Below the pieces are notes generated by a model that worked only from the letters and a program-made list of their open reading frames with translations, was not told the origin of the DNA and did not search any database. This document shows positions 46,287-57,358 of a stretch of 64,000 bases of DNA, piece after piece. Made by a program: the position numbers and the translations under genes. This stretch comes from Trichodelitschia bisporula (Eukaryota), in contig ML996700.1 in the NCBI GenBank assembly GCA_010356995.1, forward strand, positions 558,001 to 622,000. The letters are read 5' to 3'. Every line of letters begins with the position of its first letter. Positions within the stretch are counted from its first letter, which is position 1.

Positions 46287-47433
46287 ATGGCGGGCGGTCG
46301 TTGGTACCACGTTATCTTCACCTTCTTCCTTCACCTCTTGACCTGCGGCGTTGGGTCGCGGTTGTTCGCCTACAAGTTCATCAAGAAGCAGACTGTAATG
46401 TGACGGGATTGCTCTGGACACTAGCTAACGAAGGCAGCTCGGCGGCCCGGTCAGCGGCCCGGTCACCGTTCAGAAGGTCAAGCCGCCTGGGAAGCATCAT
46501 AGCATCTTCCGACGCTTCAAGAAGCGCCGTCCTGTCCCGGTTCCCGTCAAGCCGGTTGAACCTCCTAAGCCGGTTGAACCTCCTAAGCCGGAACCGCCTC
46601 GCCCGGTACCTGCTCCCCCTCCAGCGCCACCCGTATCCGTTCCAGTGCCGGCACCTCCGCCGCCGCCAGCACCAGCGCCGCCTCCGGCACCCGCGCCGCC
46701 TCCGGCACCCGCGCCGCCTCCGCCCCCGGTTGTTGTACCGGATCCTCCTATCCCTCAGGTACCATCCCCCTCCTTTTGTTCCACATGTCTTCCAACTGGA
46801 GCTTTGGAATGTTCTGTCACAAGGAAGCTGACTGGTGAATATGCAGCCGCCCCCGTTGTAGTACAGGAACCGGAGCCCGCTCCTCCCGTACGCCGGAACA
46901 CCTTGACCTTCGTCTCCCCGTCTGGACCGTGAGTGTTTCCCCCCCTATTTTGAGGGCTTGCTGATTGCAGCAGTCCTGTTGAGGTCATTCTAATTCGTCC
47001 CTTTGCTAGGCCGGAGCCTCCCCCTCCTGCACTCGTTGAGCCGCCGCCGCCCGAGGCGCCGCCGGCACCTCCACCGCAGCCAGCGCCAGAGCCAGAGCCC
47101 GTCCCGCAGCCTGTTCAACCCCCGCCAGCGGAGCCGCCGAAACCTCTCGAGCCAATCGCTGAGCAGCCTGAACCCGCTCCTGAACCTGTCGTTCCACCAC
47201 CTGCTCCAGAACCACCTGCTGAGGAGCCACCAGCGGATCCTGCACCTCCTGAGGAACCGCCTGCCCCAGAGGAACCGCCTGCGGAGCCTCCTGAGGAACC
47301 TCCTGCCGAGGAACCCCCGGAAGAGGAGCCCCCTGAAGAGGAGCCACCTGCCGAAGATCCTCCGGAAGAAGAGCCCCCGGCAGAGGAGCCCCCCGCAGAA
47401 GACCCTCCGGCCGAAGACCCCCCAGAAGAGTAG
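46287..47433 (+). CDS. Pro/Glu-rich hypothetical protein with a hydrophobic N-terminus; introns 46395-46437 and 46929-47009, possibly a third
   Basis: [21 protein letters not shown] exon splices in frame to PAPPP repeats, then EEPP repeats ending at TAG 47431-47433. Confidence 0.6.
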
Positions 47434-47542
47434 TGTCCATCAGAAGACACACCATCTGCAGACGGTCTTCCGATCCGCAACCAAGTTCTGGAAACGGGTC
47501 TAGGAAGTGGTATCAGTCTCTTTCGGCATAATGAAGTCAGCG

Positions 47543-49695
47543 ATGTGGAAACGACTGCCTCGTCGGACAAAGGAGCCCCAAATCGGACAACCTGTTTTGA
47601 TCGAGACGACGTACAATGACAGGAGTCTAGACAGTATGCCTAGTGTCTCCGAGGCGCAAGATGCGGCCGAGCCCAATGTGGGCCAGGAAATGCCACCTAG
47701 GTTTTCTACCCTCCCACCGTAAGTATCTTCTACTGTTGTACGGGTAGTTCATAGCTCATGTGTTGCAGGCATCACGTAGGAAATTATAACGAACCCTCGT
47801 ACAACCGCGCTTCGCATGCTCCTACAGCCTCATCTATTTATTCCGACTTTCCGCAGAACACCTACGAGTACGAAGGCCAAATGCCCCACGAAGTGTCCCC
47901 GCCATCGTCTCCAGTGTATGGTGGCGGCCATGGGGATGGCGACGTGTCACCCATCGACAGCGAGCCCTACGAATTTGTCTTGAGGCCAGAGTCCAAAGTG
48001 GTGCAGAGTCACATCCCCGTGCGCAAAGCCGTGCCTGGGCCAGGGAACTACGGCCTCCCGAGCAACCCCCGTCCGCCAAAGGGTACCCGCTGGGACAAAT
48101 ATTCAGGGGAACCGACAAACGGTCCAACCGGCTTGCCCCCACAGGTAACCCCCGGAAGCGTAGATTTCTCACAGCCCAAACCCCTCCGTCGGGTAGGCAC
48201 CGCCAGCCCCGAACCCGCGCCCACAGGCAAAGTAGCAGACCAAACCTCGCGCCTCACCGACCGGGGCCTCGTCGTCGACACCCGACCGCCCTGGAAAGGC
48301 GCCAGCGGCCGCGAAGCCATCGTCCCTGTCCCAGCCGACAACCCGAAGCCCGCCAACGCCCCTCCCGTCCTACCCCGCGCACGCACAAACCGCACGAGTG
48401 CCGGCCCAGGCGGTAACCTTATGGGACAGGAACAGGGGCGCCGCGTGGCGCCTGTGGCTGCGACGTCAATGCGCCCCGTGCCCCGCTTTGCCCATGATGA
48501 AACGATAAAGCCTACCCCGCCGCTCAAGGCGGGGCGCAATAGTCCGCCGCGCATCACTTCGAACCCGGCGTCGCCTACTTATGCTCCCGTCTCTGCTGCG
48601 CCCGCGGTGGTTGTCCGGTCCGCGACGCCCCCGCCCGAGAACGCGCGTGTAAACGCACCTGCCGATAACTCCCCGCCTGTTTCCCCGCAACGCGACGTCG
48701 CTACGCCAACAGGTGCACCTGCAAACAACACGCACTCGCGCGAATCCAGCACCGACGCAGACGCAAACCACAACGCCAGCCGGTTTAGCTGGACAACCTA
48801 CGCCACGGGCACTAGCTACCAGCAATCACCACCCCCGTCACCGCCTCCCCCCCTCCCCACCAACCTCTTAACCTCGAAATACGCACCGCAGTCCGTGATG
48901 AGCCGCACGCGCCCGATTGCGCGCATGGATGGGCCTGAATCATCGCCTGCCCCGAGCGTGCGCAGCCGCAAACCCGTCCCCTCGACGGCATCGAGGGCGC
49001 CTGTTCCTTCCCCCTCGATGGCGCCAGTCCCTTCCCCTTCGACGCCCGAGCTCGATCTTCAGTACTCCTTCTCACGATTCAACGTCAAGGGCCTCGAGCC
49101 GAGTACTCACGACCTCACGAAATACTCGCCTTCCCCGGCGGGCCGCGGCCTGCGCGAGCAAATGATGAGCAAAGCGCAAGCGCGGAGCCAGTATGCGGAA
49201 CAGCCGCAATCTGAACGCGGGGAGAGTCCCGCGTACACGCCCCGGCGCGACTCAGACGCCACGCTGCGCGCGCGCGCGGAGACCGATCTCTCCGTTTCGA
49301 AAATGCGGCACGGGAGTCGCGCGCCGAGTCTCGCCCCTTCGGCCGCAAGCACGGGGACGCAGAAAGCACTCCCCCGGACGCCGAAGGAGCATGCCGCCGC
49401 CGACCTTCTCTCTGCGCTGCAGGCTCAAGAAGAGGACCTACTGACGCAGCGGGGGAATCTGCAGAAGGCGATGAGGGAGGTGCAGCGCACTACGCCGCAG
49501 AATCCGCTGATTAGTGATATCACGGCGAGGAGGGAGATGGAGCGCAGGGTGGGGGAGATACGGGCTGAGTTGGAGAGTGTGGAGTTGGGGTTGCATGATG
49601 TGGGGCTGCGGTTGCATAGGGCGAATAAGAGGAGGGATGTGATTGAAGGGAGGAGTGCGGAGACTTTCTGGGTTAGGAGGGTTACGACGGGTTAA
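47543..49695 (+). CDS. Hypothetical protein, Pro/Ser-rich with a C-terminal coiled coil; intron about 47719-47769
   Basis: Long ORF. Motifs RWDKYSGEPT, SRFSWTTYAT and LHDVGLRLHRANKRRD...FWVRRVT resemble conserved ascomycete unknown proteins (from recall). Start uncertain. Confidence 0.75.
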
Positions 49696-50312
49696 TGTGG
49701 TGGATCTGGGTGTGGGCGTTTGTGAGGGTTAGCAGTTACTGGCAGAGGATTCGGGTCGTGGATGGCTGTACGGTTACGGCGTTCACGGTGTTACTTCACT
49801 TCGGTGCGGAGTGTAATGTCTGATCGTGGGCTCGGCTGGGCTACTGTACGCGTAAGGCTGCCACGGCACTACATTGCGTGGGACTGTATTACTTTGCTAC
49901 TTTGCTTTCTATCTATTCAGCATGGAGCGCGGTGGTCGAATTCCCCTAGATGAACACAATGGTGCGGTTTATGGTTAAGGCTGCGCTTGAGTGAGGATGT
50001 GATATGCTTTGGGTGGTGTTTGAGAGATGTGCAGTGCCCCTGAGATGCGCAGTATGGCTTGCCTTTGCGGCCCGGTCCTGATGTGTTAAAGGGAGGATGA
50101 CTCGGATGGAGCCGGGATTGTCAGGGGTGGGTAGTCTGCATTGCAGGATCTAGACTGCTTCCTCTCGAGGCCCAAGATCCCGACTCCAAACCTTCAACTA
50201 CCAGAAACCCTCACAGATCCCGTTCGTGCGTATATGAGTGCTCGGTCCGTTTTGGACAAGTGGTTTTAATGCTTATCATCAATGGGATGGATATCCTTTT
50301 ATCAAATCATCT

Positions 50313-50397
50313 GGTCTTATAGTGTAGTTGGTTAGCACACGGGATTCTGACTTTCAAGAAGCTTCCCGGGACCCCGGTTCGAGTCCGGGTAGGACCT
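50313..50397 (+). tRNA. tRNA-Gln(CTG) with a 12-nt intron (50351-50362)
   Basis: Acceptor stem GGTCTTA/TAGGACC, A box TAGTGTAGTTGG, anticodon stem CGGGA/TCCCG with CTG at 50347-50349, T arm CCCGG-TTCGAGT-CCGGG, downstream T run. Confidence 0.95.
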
Positions 50398-50805
50398 CTT
50401 TATTTGGACTTTCGTCCTTTTTTTCACCTTCATCGTCACTATGTTCAAGTCCGTGTGGTGTGCTTTTTTTGGTCGAGGGTGGAATTGCTTTCGCCATTCG
50501 TGGGTGCGGTCCGGAAATGGTTAACGGACGTCACATTTTTACCTGGCATTGAAACCGACGGTCTTGCTCCGCACGTTCAAACGGCAACAAGTGCGGAGTA
50601 GAAGTATTTATGAAAGATGAAGAACAGAAAAAGAGAAAAGTGGCTGGGCCTACCCATATCTAGATACACAATGTTGTCCGTATCCTCCTTAACTCTTTCC
50701 ATTACCACCTCCACCGCTTCCCCAATGGCGGATGCTCCTCCAAAAGGGTTGGTCATGTAGAGACTTTCCTGTGTCCACATCACCAACATTCTTGGAGGAG
50801 CATCT

Positions 50806-51114
50806 TCAATGCCTCCATGAGCCAACCAGCCCCGCCCACTCATTCTCGATGCGATGTTTACCCCAGGTATGATCCCCAAGCGAATATTTGCTCTGAAGGA
50901 GCTTCCCACACCACGCGCACCGATGTACATCCCTCACATGTTGCGCCGTATGCTCGGGTTTCCGGAATGTCTTTTTGCATTTGGGACATGACGTTGACGT
51001 TGTTGTCCAGTCTTCGAGATCGGCGTCGATGCGGTGCTTATCCCGCAGGTGTTGATCGAGAGCGTTTTCATGGGGGAAGGTTTTGTTGCAGTGGGGGCAG
51101 GGTTTGCGTGCCAT
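50806..51114 (-). CDS. Small C2H2 zinc-finger protein (102 aa, three fingers)
   Basis: CPHCNKTF..LDQHLRDKH, CPKCKKTF..QHVRDVH, CAWCGKLL..LGDHTWGKH. Confidence 0.8.
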   Translation of the reverse strand: MARKPCPHCNKTFPHENALDQHLRDKHRIDADLEDWTTTSTSCPKCKKTFRKPEHTAQHVRDVHRCAWCGKLLQSKYSLGDHTWGKHRIENEWAGLVGSWRH

Positions 51115-52487
51115 GGTGCAGATCTTGGTAGTAGCAGCAAGTACTCAATTGAGGAGTTCGAGGACTGAAGTAGGTAGTGAGGAGTTTGGAGGTTGAGGGC
51201 CGGTTCGCTGAGAGGAGATCGATGGCGAGGGAACTCGACTGGAAGGAGGAGAAGCAGGAAGTGGCTATGGTCGTTCTGCTGGGGGCAGAGTGAGCTCGAG
51301 AGTGGGATTTATGCCGCTGAACTGACTGTTTCGAGATGCAGACTTTGGTACCGTGCAAACGCAGACATGCATCTACCCGGTCTTCCCTTTGAGTCCGGCT
51401 TCACCGTCCAGGTGGAGGGAGATGAATCCGACATCGCTGATTGGAGCTGGTGTGATACAGTACGGGAATCCGCTGGGACTGGATGAAGTAGGCAGCCATG
51501 GCTTGATTCGAGCGGTATGGCGAGATACTATGGCAAGGCTGAGGCGAGGAGCTTAGGCTTTCACGAGCGTTTAGGCAGTGGCAGTGGGGTACCGACCAGC
51601 CAATTTTCTATGAAGTTAACGAGAGACGTCCCATTGCACTAAGATGCAAGGTACCGATGATGTTGCACCCGAATTGCGGGGTGCAGCTCATCGGACATGA
51701 CACGCTTGGAGCCTCGAAGCGGCACCAACCCACTTAGACTGGTAGCTCCATCTCGCAGGCAAGCCACGATCTGCACAGCCTCGGCCATTCCGGAAGCGCA
51801 CCATAGGCTCGACGAGTAGGATAGTCAAGACCGGTGTGAGAATTGAGCAGGTGGTTTGGAGCGGCGAGGCTGCCTTCTAATGGGAGGGGAATCGGGAGGT
51901 TGAAATAGCAAGCCGGAGTAGCGGTACGTCGGGGTTTTAAGGCGATTTTGCGACGAGGTCGGTATCACCGACCTTGTTACCTGTTGGTGTAACCGCGACT
52001 GCGGCTGTGCGTGTACCTGGTACGTCTGCGGCGTCGGTCTCCCGGGTGGGCGCAGAAGCCGGCCATTTTCAGCCGCGCGCCAAGGCAATGCTCAACCTCA
52101 CCTCCAACCTCACCTCAGTGCTAAACACACAATATCCCAGCCAAACCTAGCAAACTTCAGAAGCCATCAATGGGACTACCCGGCCAGTACTTGGAATCAA
52201 CGGAGCGTCTATCCAGCGCCACATGTGGTCGCAACCTGGACGGAAAGCCGTGGCGCAGCTTCCATAGGATGTGGAAACACGCAGCAGATGCGTGTTTGCA
52301 CCGCCTTCGTCCCACGCAGGCGGATACCGCTCCTCAGTTCCTTCCGCATTTGCCAGATCGCCCCCCTTAAATCCCTCCGCCCCCGTCTCTCTTCCCCTCA
52401 CCACCTGGAAAGCCCACCTCCGCACCTCCACCCTCAATCTCCGTCACGTCCCCTTCATCCTCATCCCCCCACCCACCACCTCCCACA

Positions 52488-54532
52488 ATGCCTCTCCCCT
52501 GCCCTCTTTGTTGGGTGTCCTTCCTTCAGCCCACCTCTTGCGTGTAGCACCTGCGCGACAAGCACGGCCGACCGAACGCCTGCCTTTTCTGTGGGGACGA
52601 CTTCAGCAGCTCGATCGGGCGGATGCAGCATGTAACAGCCAAACACGGGGCGTCAAATACTAAGCCGAGCACCACAGATGGCAAAACGACCACCAGCGCG
52701 GGCGGGAAAAAGACGGAGAAGCAGCGCTACCGCTGCGAGAAATGTGGTAAGGACTTCGGCAGCTCGATCGCGCGGGACCAGCATGTGGTGACCGCGCACG
52801 CTAGATCGGACACTAATAACGGCAAACCGAACCATTAGCACTGGTGGGAAAAAGACAGAGAAGCAGTGCTACCGGTGCAAGAACTGTGGGAGCGTCTTCG
52901 GCAACTCGATCGCGCTGGACCAGCATTTAAGGACCAAGCACGGTAAATCGAACACTACAAACGGCAAACCGGCCACCAGCACGGGCGGGAAAAAGACAGA
53001 TATACAGCGCTACCGCCGCGAGAAATGCTGGAAGGACTTCGACAGCTCGGGCGCACGGGACCAGCATGCGATGACCACGCACGGTAAATTGGACACTACA
53101 AACGGCAAGCAAACCACCAGCACGGGCGGCAAAAAGATAGAAAAACAGTGCTACCACTGCGAGGAATGCGGGAAGGACTTCGGCACCTCGAACGTGCGGA
53201 AGCAGCATGTGAGGACCAAGCGCGGTAGATCAGACACCAAACCGGACACTACGAATGGTAAACCGACCACCAGCACGGACGGGAAAAAGATAGAGAAAGA
53301 GAGCTACTGCTGCGAGGGGTGCGGGATGTCCTTCGGCTTGTTTAGGGCGCTCGACCAGCATGAGCTGGTCATGAGATATGGCGAGGAGAGTGAGGAGTCT
53401 GAGTTCGACGGACTCGGCTGGCCGACGAAGTGCCACATCTGTGGAGAGCAATGCTACAGCACCTTCACACTCCAGGAGCACATATGGGTTAAGCACGATA
53501 AACGTGGGGGGCCGAAGTCCGATTTCGACCTGAAGTCCCGGACCGAGGAGAAGAAGCCAGCAGTCGATGGCATTGCAAAGAAAGCTTCAGATATGATCCT
53601 GTGTGGCGGCTGCGAGAAAAAACTTTCCGACTTTGCCGCCCTCAAAGATCACTGCAGGCGTGTCCATTCCCCCCTTTGGCCACCATTTATCATGTTCCCC
53701 TGTAAACGCTGCGAGAATGAATTTCCCAGCATTGAGGCCTTCCGCGATCACTGGGAAGCCAATCATAGTGCCCCCTTGGGACCTTTCCCTGGGGCGGGAG
53801 GCGAATCCCATCATATACCTTCGACTCCGACACCACCCGTGGGAGAAAACGCCGGTTCTGGCTCGACATCCCGGACCGAGGGGAAGAAACCAGCAGTCAA
53901 TCACTTTCCGGATATAGTTTGGGATACGATTCATTGTGTACCCTGCGGTGAATTTTTCCCAGCATCGAGGCCCTCAATGCTCACTGGGCAATCATCCAAC
54001 ATGATATCTGGCCGCCAGAGCCGTCGGTGGAAGATGAGGACAGCGAAGCTGACTCGATGCCTGACTTGGTGACACCAACACCCTCAGAGGGCGGTGAGTC
54101 GTTGTGGGGCAACGATGCTGGAAAGACGCAGGAGGATGGAAAGGAAGAAATCAGCTTCCACTGCACTTCGGCTTTTCTACCTTCTAGCTGGGACGCGGAC
54201 GCACATTGTCCCGAATGTCAGAAGGTATTTTCTGATCCGGAGGGTATGAAGCAGCCCCGGGAACATGTACACGGCACTGCGTCCAAATGTCCGACTTGTG
54301 GTAAACGGTTGAGGACGGCGGAGGGAAAGGAGCAGCATATACGGCAGTTTCACATGCCAACAACCCACGTGCGTTCCGAATGTCACGAGAAGTTTGCTCA
54401 AGCGGAGCGTATGCAGCAGCACCGGGAACAAGTATACAGCACTGCTTCGAAATGCCCGGTTTGCCAAAAATGGTTGAGGACGCCGGAGTGAAAGGAGCAG
54501 CATATGTGGCAGTTTCACAGGGCAACCTTGTA
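52488..54532 (+). pseudogene. Disrupted multi-C2H2 zinc-finger gene, paralog of 55207-57009
   Basis: Same MPLPCPLC start and homologous flanks. Frameshifts near 52520-52550, 52830 and 53955, and an in-frame TGA at 54489 where the sister repeat has GGA. Confidence 0.75.
52600..53365 (+). repeat. 141-bp tandem array, one C2H2 finger per unit
   Basis: The anchor AAAAAGA...CTAC recurs at 52707, 52849, 52990, 53131 and 53284 (spacings 142, 141, 141, 153). Confidence 0.9.
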
Positions 54533-55206
54533 GCCGTAAGGAAGGACCGGTGCTGGATGCATGTGTTTGGAAATTCAAGTGGAATTCAAGTGCTGATGCC
54601 GATCAACTCGGCTTCGCTGCGAGGATGGGAGAACGGAATGTTGTCGTTGTGGTTCATAGGGCCTGTGGTCTTCTTCGATATCACTCTTAGCGGGATAGCC
54701 TACATATCGAGTGAAATGACAGAGAAGCGGAAGTCTAGGCTGGGTTATCAGCAAGATTAATCTCAGCTATCAAGCATCAGTATAAATTGAGCGTTCTCAG
54801 CAGTGATATCCAACAAAGCTCACCGAACTTCAGAAACCATCAATATTACCAGACCTACTCTTGGAGTATACAGTTCAACGCCACATGTCGCAAAAGACGT
54901 AACGCGGCTCCCGTACTCTATGATGTAGAAACACGCAGCAAACGCGCGTTTGCACCGCGTTTGTCCCACGTAGGCGGTCATACTCCTCGTTCCTTCCACG
55001 TGTGTCGGTTTCTTCCGCGTATACCAGTTCCTTCCGTTTGTGCCAGACCCCTCTCCACAAACCCCTCCGCCTCCGCATCTCCTCCCCGGACTACCTTAAT
55101 ACCCTAACAGCCGTACCTCCACCTCCGCAACCATCCATTCGCACCTCCACCTCATAACCTCCACTACCAGCGCCTCCCTCTCCCCCCTCACCCACCACTT
55201 TTCACA

Positions 55207-57009
55207 ATGCCGCTCCCCTGCCCCCTTTGCCCCCAGGTGATCTTTTCTTGCCATTCCTCCTGCGCGCAGCACATGCGCGACCGCCATGATCGACCGAATG
55301 CATGCCTCATCTGTGGAAACGACTTCGCCAGTGCGAGTGTCTGGGTCCAGCACGTGAGCACCGAACACGGAGAATTAGACAACCCGGACATCAAGACGAC
55401 CGTGGAAGTGGTGGAAGAAGAGCTCTGTCGCTGCCTTTGCGGGAAGCTTTTCGGCTCGGCTAAGGCGCTCGGCCAGCATCAGCGGTCCGAAGGACATGGC
55501 GGTGACGATGAGTGTGAACTCAACGGGATTGCGCCGCCGCCGGTGGGGTGCCCGCACTGTGGAGAGAAGTTCTCCAAATGGCTCACACATCGTACGCTTT
55601 GGACGCGGTCGGAAAGCGTGGATAAAAATTTAGACCGGAAATCCCGCACCGAGGGGAAGAAGGCAGCAGTCAAAGGGGTTGTGGAGAAAGCCTCGTTTGT
55701 GTTCCAATGTACACACTGCGACGAGAAGTTCGACCACAAGGCCCTCCATGAGCACTGGGAGGACATCATCGTGGCTGTGCCGACGCAGTTTCCCATAAGC
55801 AAATGTCCAAACTGCAATAAAGAGTTTTCCGACTTTGAAACCTTTGTTGTTCAGTGGCTGGCCATCTACAAAAGAACCCTGGCGCCATGGTCCGGGGTAG
55901 GAGGCGAAGACAGCCGTGTGCCTTCGATGCCATCGCCACCCTTGGGAGGAAGCGACGATTTCGACTCGAAATCCCGGACAGACGGGACTAAGGCTCATGA
56001 GGCGGTTGAAAAATCTTCAGCATCGCAAAGGATCCTGTGTATAGGCTGCGACGTAAGGTTTTCGGACTTCGCGGCCTTCGCTCATCACTGGGAGGCCATC
56101 CACAAGGATCCTTCAACGCCATTCCCATGTACACGCTGCGACATCGAGTTGCCTGACATGCAGAACCTTGGTGATCACTGGAAGACCTTCCACAGTTACT
56201 TGATCGTATGTATGCGCTGCGACAAAGATTTTTCTGGCTTCGGGACCTATGATGATCACTGGAAGGTCGCCCACAATGACCCGATCCTCTGTACACGCTG
56301 CGACAAAGAGATTCCCGACATTCTGGCTCACTTGGATGCCATGCATGGCGGTATCGCGGCGATGTTGTCCTGGATGAGAAACGAAGAAGGCCGTGCGCCT
56401 TCGGACGTGTCGCAGACTGTGGAAGAAAACACCGATTCCGGCTCGAAGGAGGGGAAGAAGACTGCTGAAGCGGTGGAAAAATCTTATCTTGCGTTCCAGC
56501 TCCAATGTACAGGCTGCGATAAAAAGTTTCCCGACTTCTGTAACATCTTTGAGCACTGGGACGCCATGCATATGGGCCCTTCGGCGCCATTGCCCTGGGC
56601 TAACATTGATAACAACAACGCCCACTCGAAGCCTGGCTCCCAGGCCGCAACGTCGCCAGAGGATGATATGCAGTGGCGGGACAAGTACAAGATACTGGAA
56701 GAGGAGGCGAAGGAGAGGAAGGAGGGAGAAGATGCAAAGACACCAGAGGAGGAGGATGAGGTTGTCTTCCAGCGCCCGACGCTTATCCAACGCCCTGCTG
56801 TCGTCAAACCTCCCGTCGTGGTCGAGCGGACCGCTACCAACTGTCGCACGTGTCCCGAATGTCATAAATGGTTTGCTCAACCGGAGCATATGAAGCAGCA
56901 TCGGAGAGATGCGCATACTTCTACGAAATGCCCGCGTTGCAGGAAAATTTTGAAGACGGTGGAGGGGAAGGAACAGCATATGAGGGACTTTCACCGGGCA
57001 CCCGCTTGA
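55207..57009 (+). CDS. Multi-C2H2 zinc-finger protein (600 aa), apparently intronless
   Basis: More than ten CxxC...H...H motifs, several of HWxxxH type and some degenerate. Confidence 0.85.
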   Translation: MPLPCPLCPQVIFSCHSSCAQHMRDRHDRPNACLICGNDFASASVWVQHVSTEHGELDNPDIKTTVEVVEEELCRCLCGKLFGSAKALGQHQRSEGHGGDDECELNGIAPPPVGCPHCGEKFSKWLTHRTLWTRSESVDKNLDRKSRTEGKKAAVKGVVEKASFVFQCTHCDEKFDHKALHEHWEDIIVAVPTQFPISKCPNCNKEFSDFETFVVQWLAIYKRTLAPWSGVGGEDSRVPSMPSPPLGGSDDFDSKSRTDGTKAHEAVEKSSASQRILCIGCDVRFSDFAAFAHHWEAIHKDPSTPFPCTRCDIELPDMQNLGDHWKTFHSYLIVCMRCDKDFSGFGTYDDHWKVAHNDPILCTRCDKEIPDILAHLDAMHGGIAAMLSWMRNEEGRAPSDVSQTVEENTDSGSKEGKKTAEAVEKSYLAFQLQCTGCDKKFPDFCNIFEHWDAMHMGPSAPLPWANIDNNNAHSKPGSQAATSPEDDMQWRDKYKILEEEAKERKEGEDAKTPEEEDEVVFQRPTLIQRPAVVKPPVVVERTATNCRTCPECHKWFAQPEHMKQHRRDAHTSTKCPRCRKILKTVEGKEQHMRDFHRAPA

Positions 57010-57358
57010 TTGTAATGGTAAGGGGTTGATAAATGTAGATGTGCTTGGGGCTTTAAGTAGCGATGTCGGTTAACTCAGCTTTGTTACGAGGCTAGGAGAC
57101 GGAAATGTTGTCGCTGTGGTCCATAGAGCTTGCAGTCTTGTTCGATCTCAGTCCTAGCTTGATGTCCTACATGTCGAGTGATACGGGACCGAGAAGCGGG
57201 ATACCGGCAAGATTAATCTCAGCTATAAAGCATCAGTACAGATTGTGTGTTCTCAGCAGTGATACCACCATCTACCACCTCTATCGCCACCCTTGCCATG
57301 CAATGTCCCAACCCCATCACGCCAGTTCCATCAAACCCATCTAACCCTCCGCCATCCC

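Larger units (their letters stand above)
52153..57264 (+). repeat. Tandem segmental duplication (about 52153-54808 and 54826-57264)
   Basis: Shared upstream blocks (AACTTCAGAA.CCATCAAT, GAAACACGCAGCA, GTTTGCACCGC) and downstream blocks (GCAAGATTAATCTCAGCTAT, GTTCTCAGCAGTGATA). Confidence 0.9.

Noticed and set aside
52600..53365. Regular repeats as a possible CRISPR-like array
   Set aside because: The context is eukaryotic, the whole unit is repeated with no unique spacers, and the units encode zinc fingers.
52153..57264. RIP as the cause of duplicate decay
   Set aside because: The region is not AT-rich, CpA/TpG remain frequent, and the lesions seen are indels and a G-to-T change. A formal RIP index was not computed.
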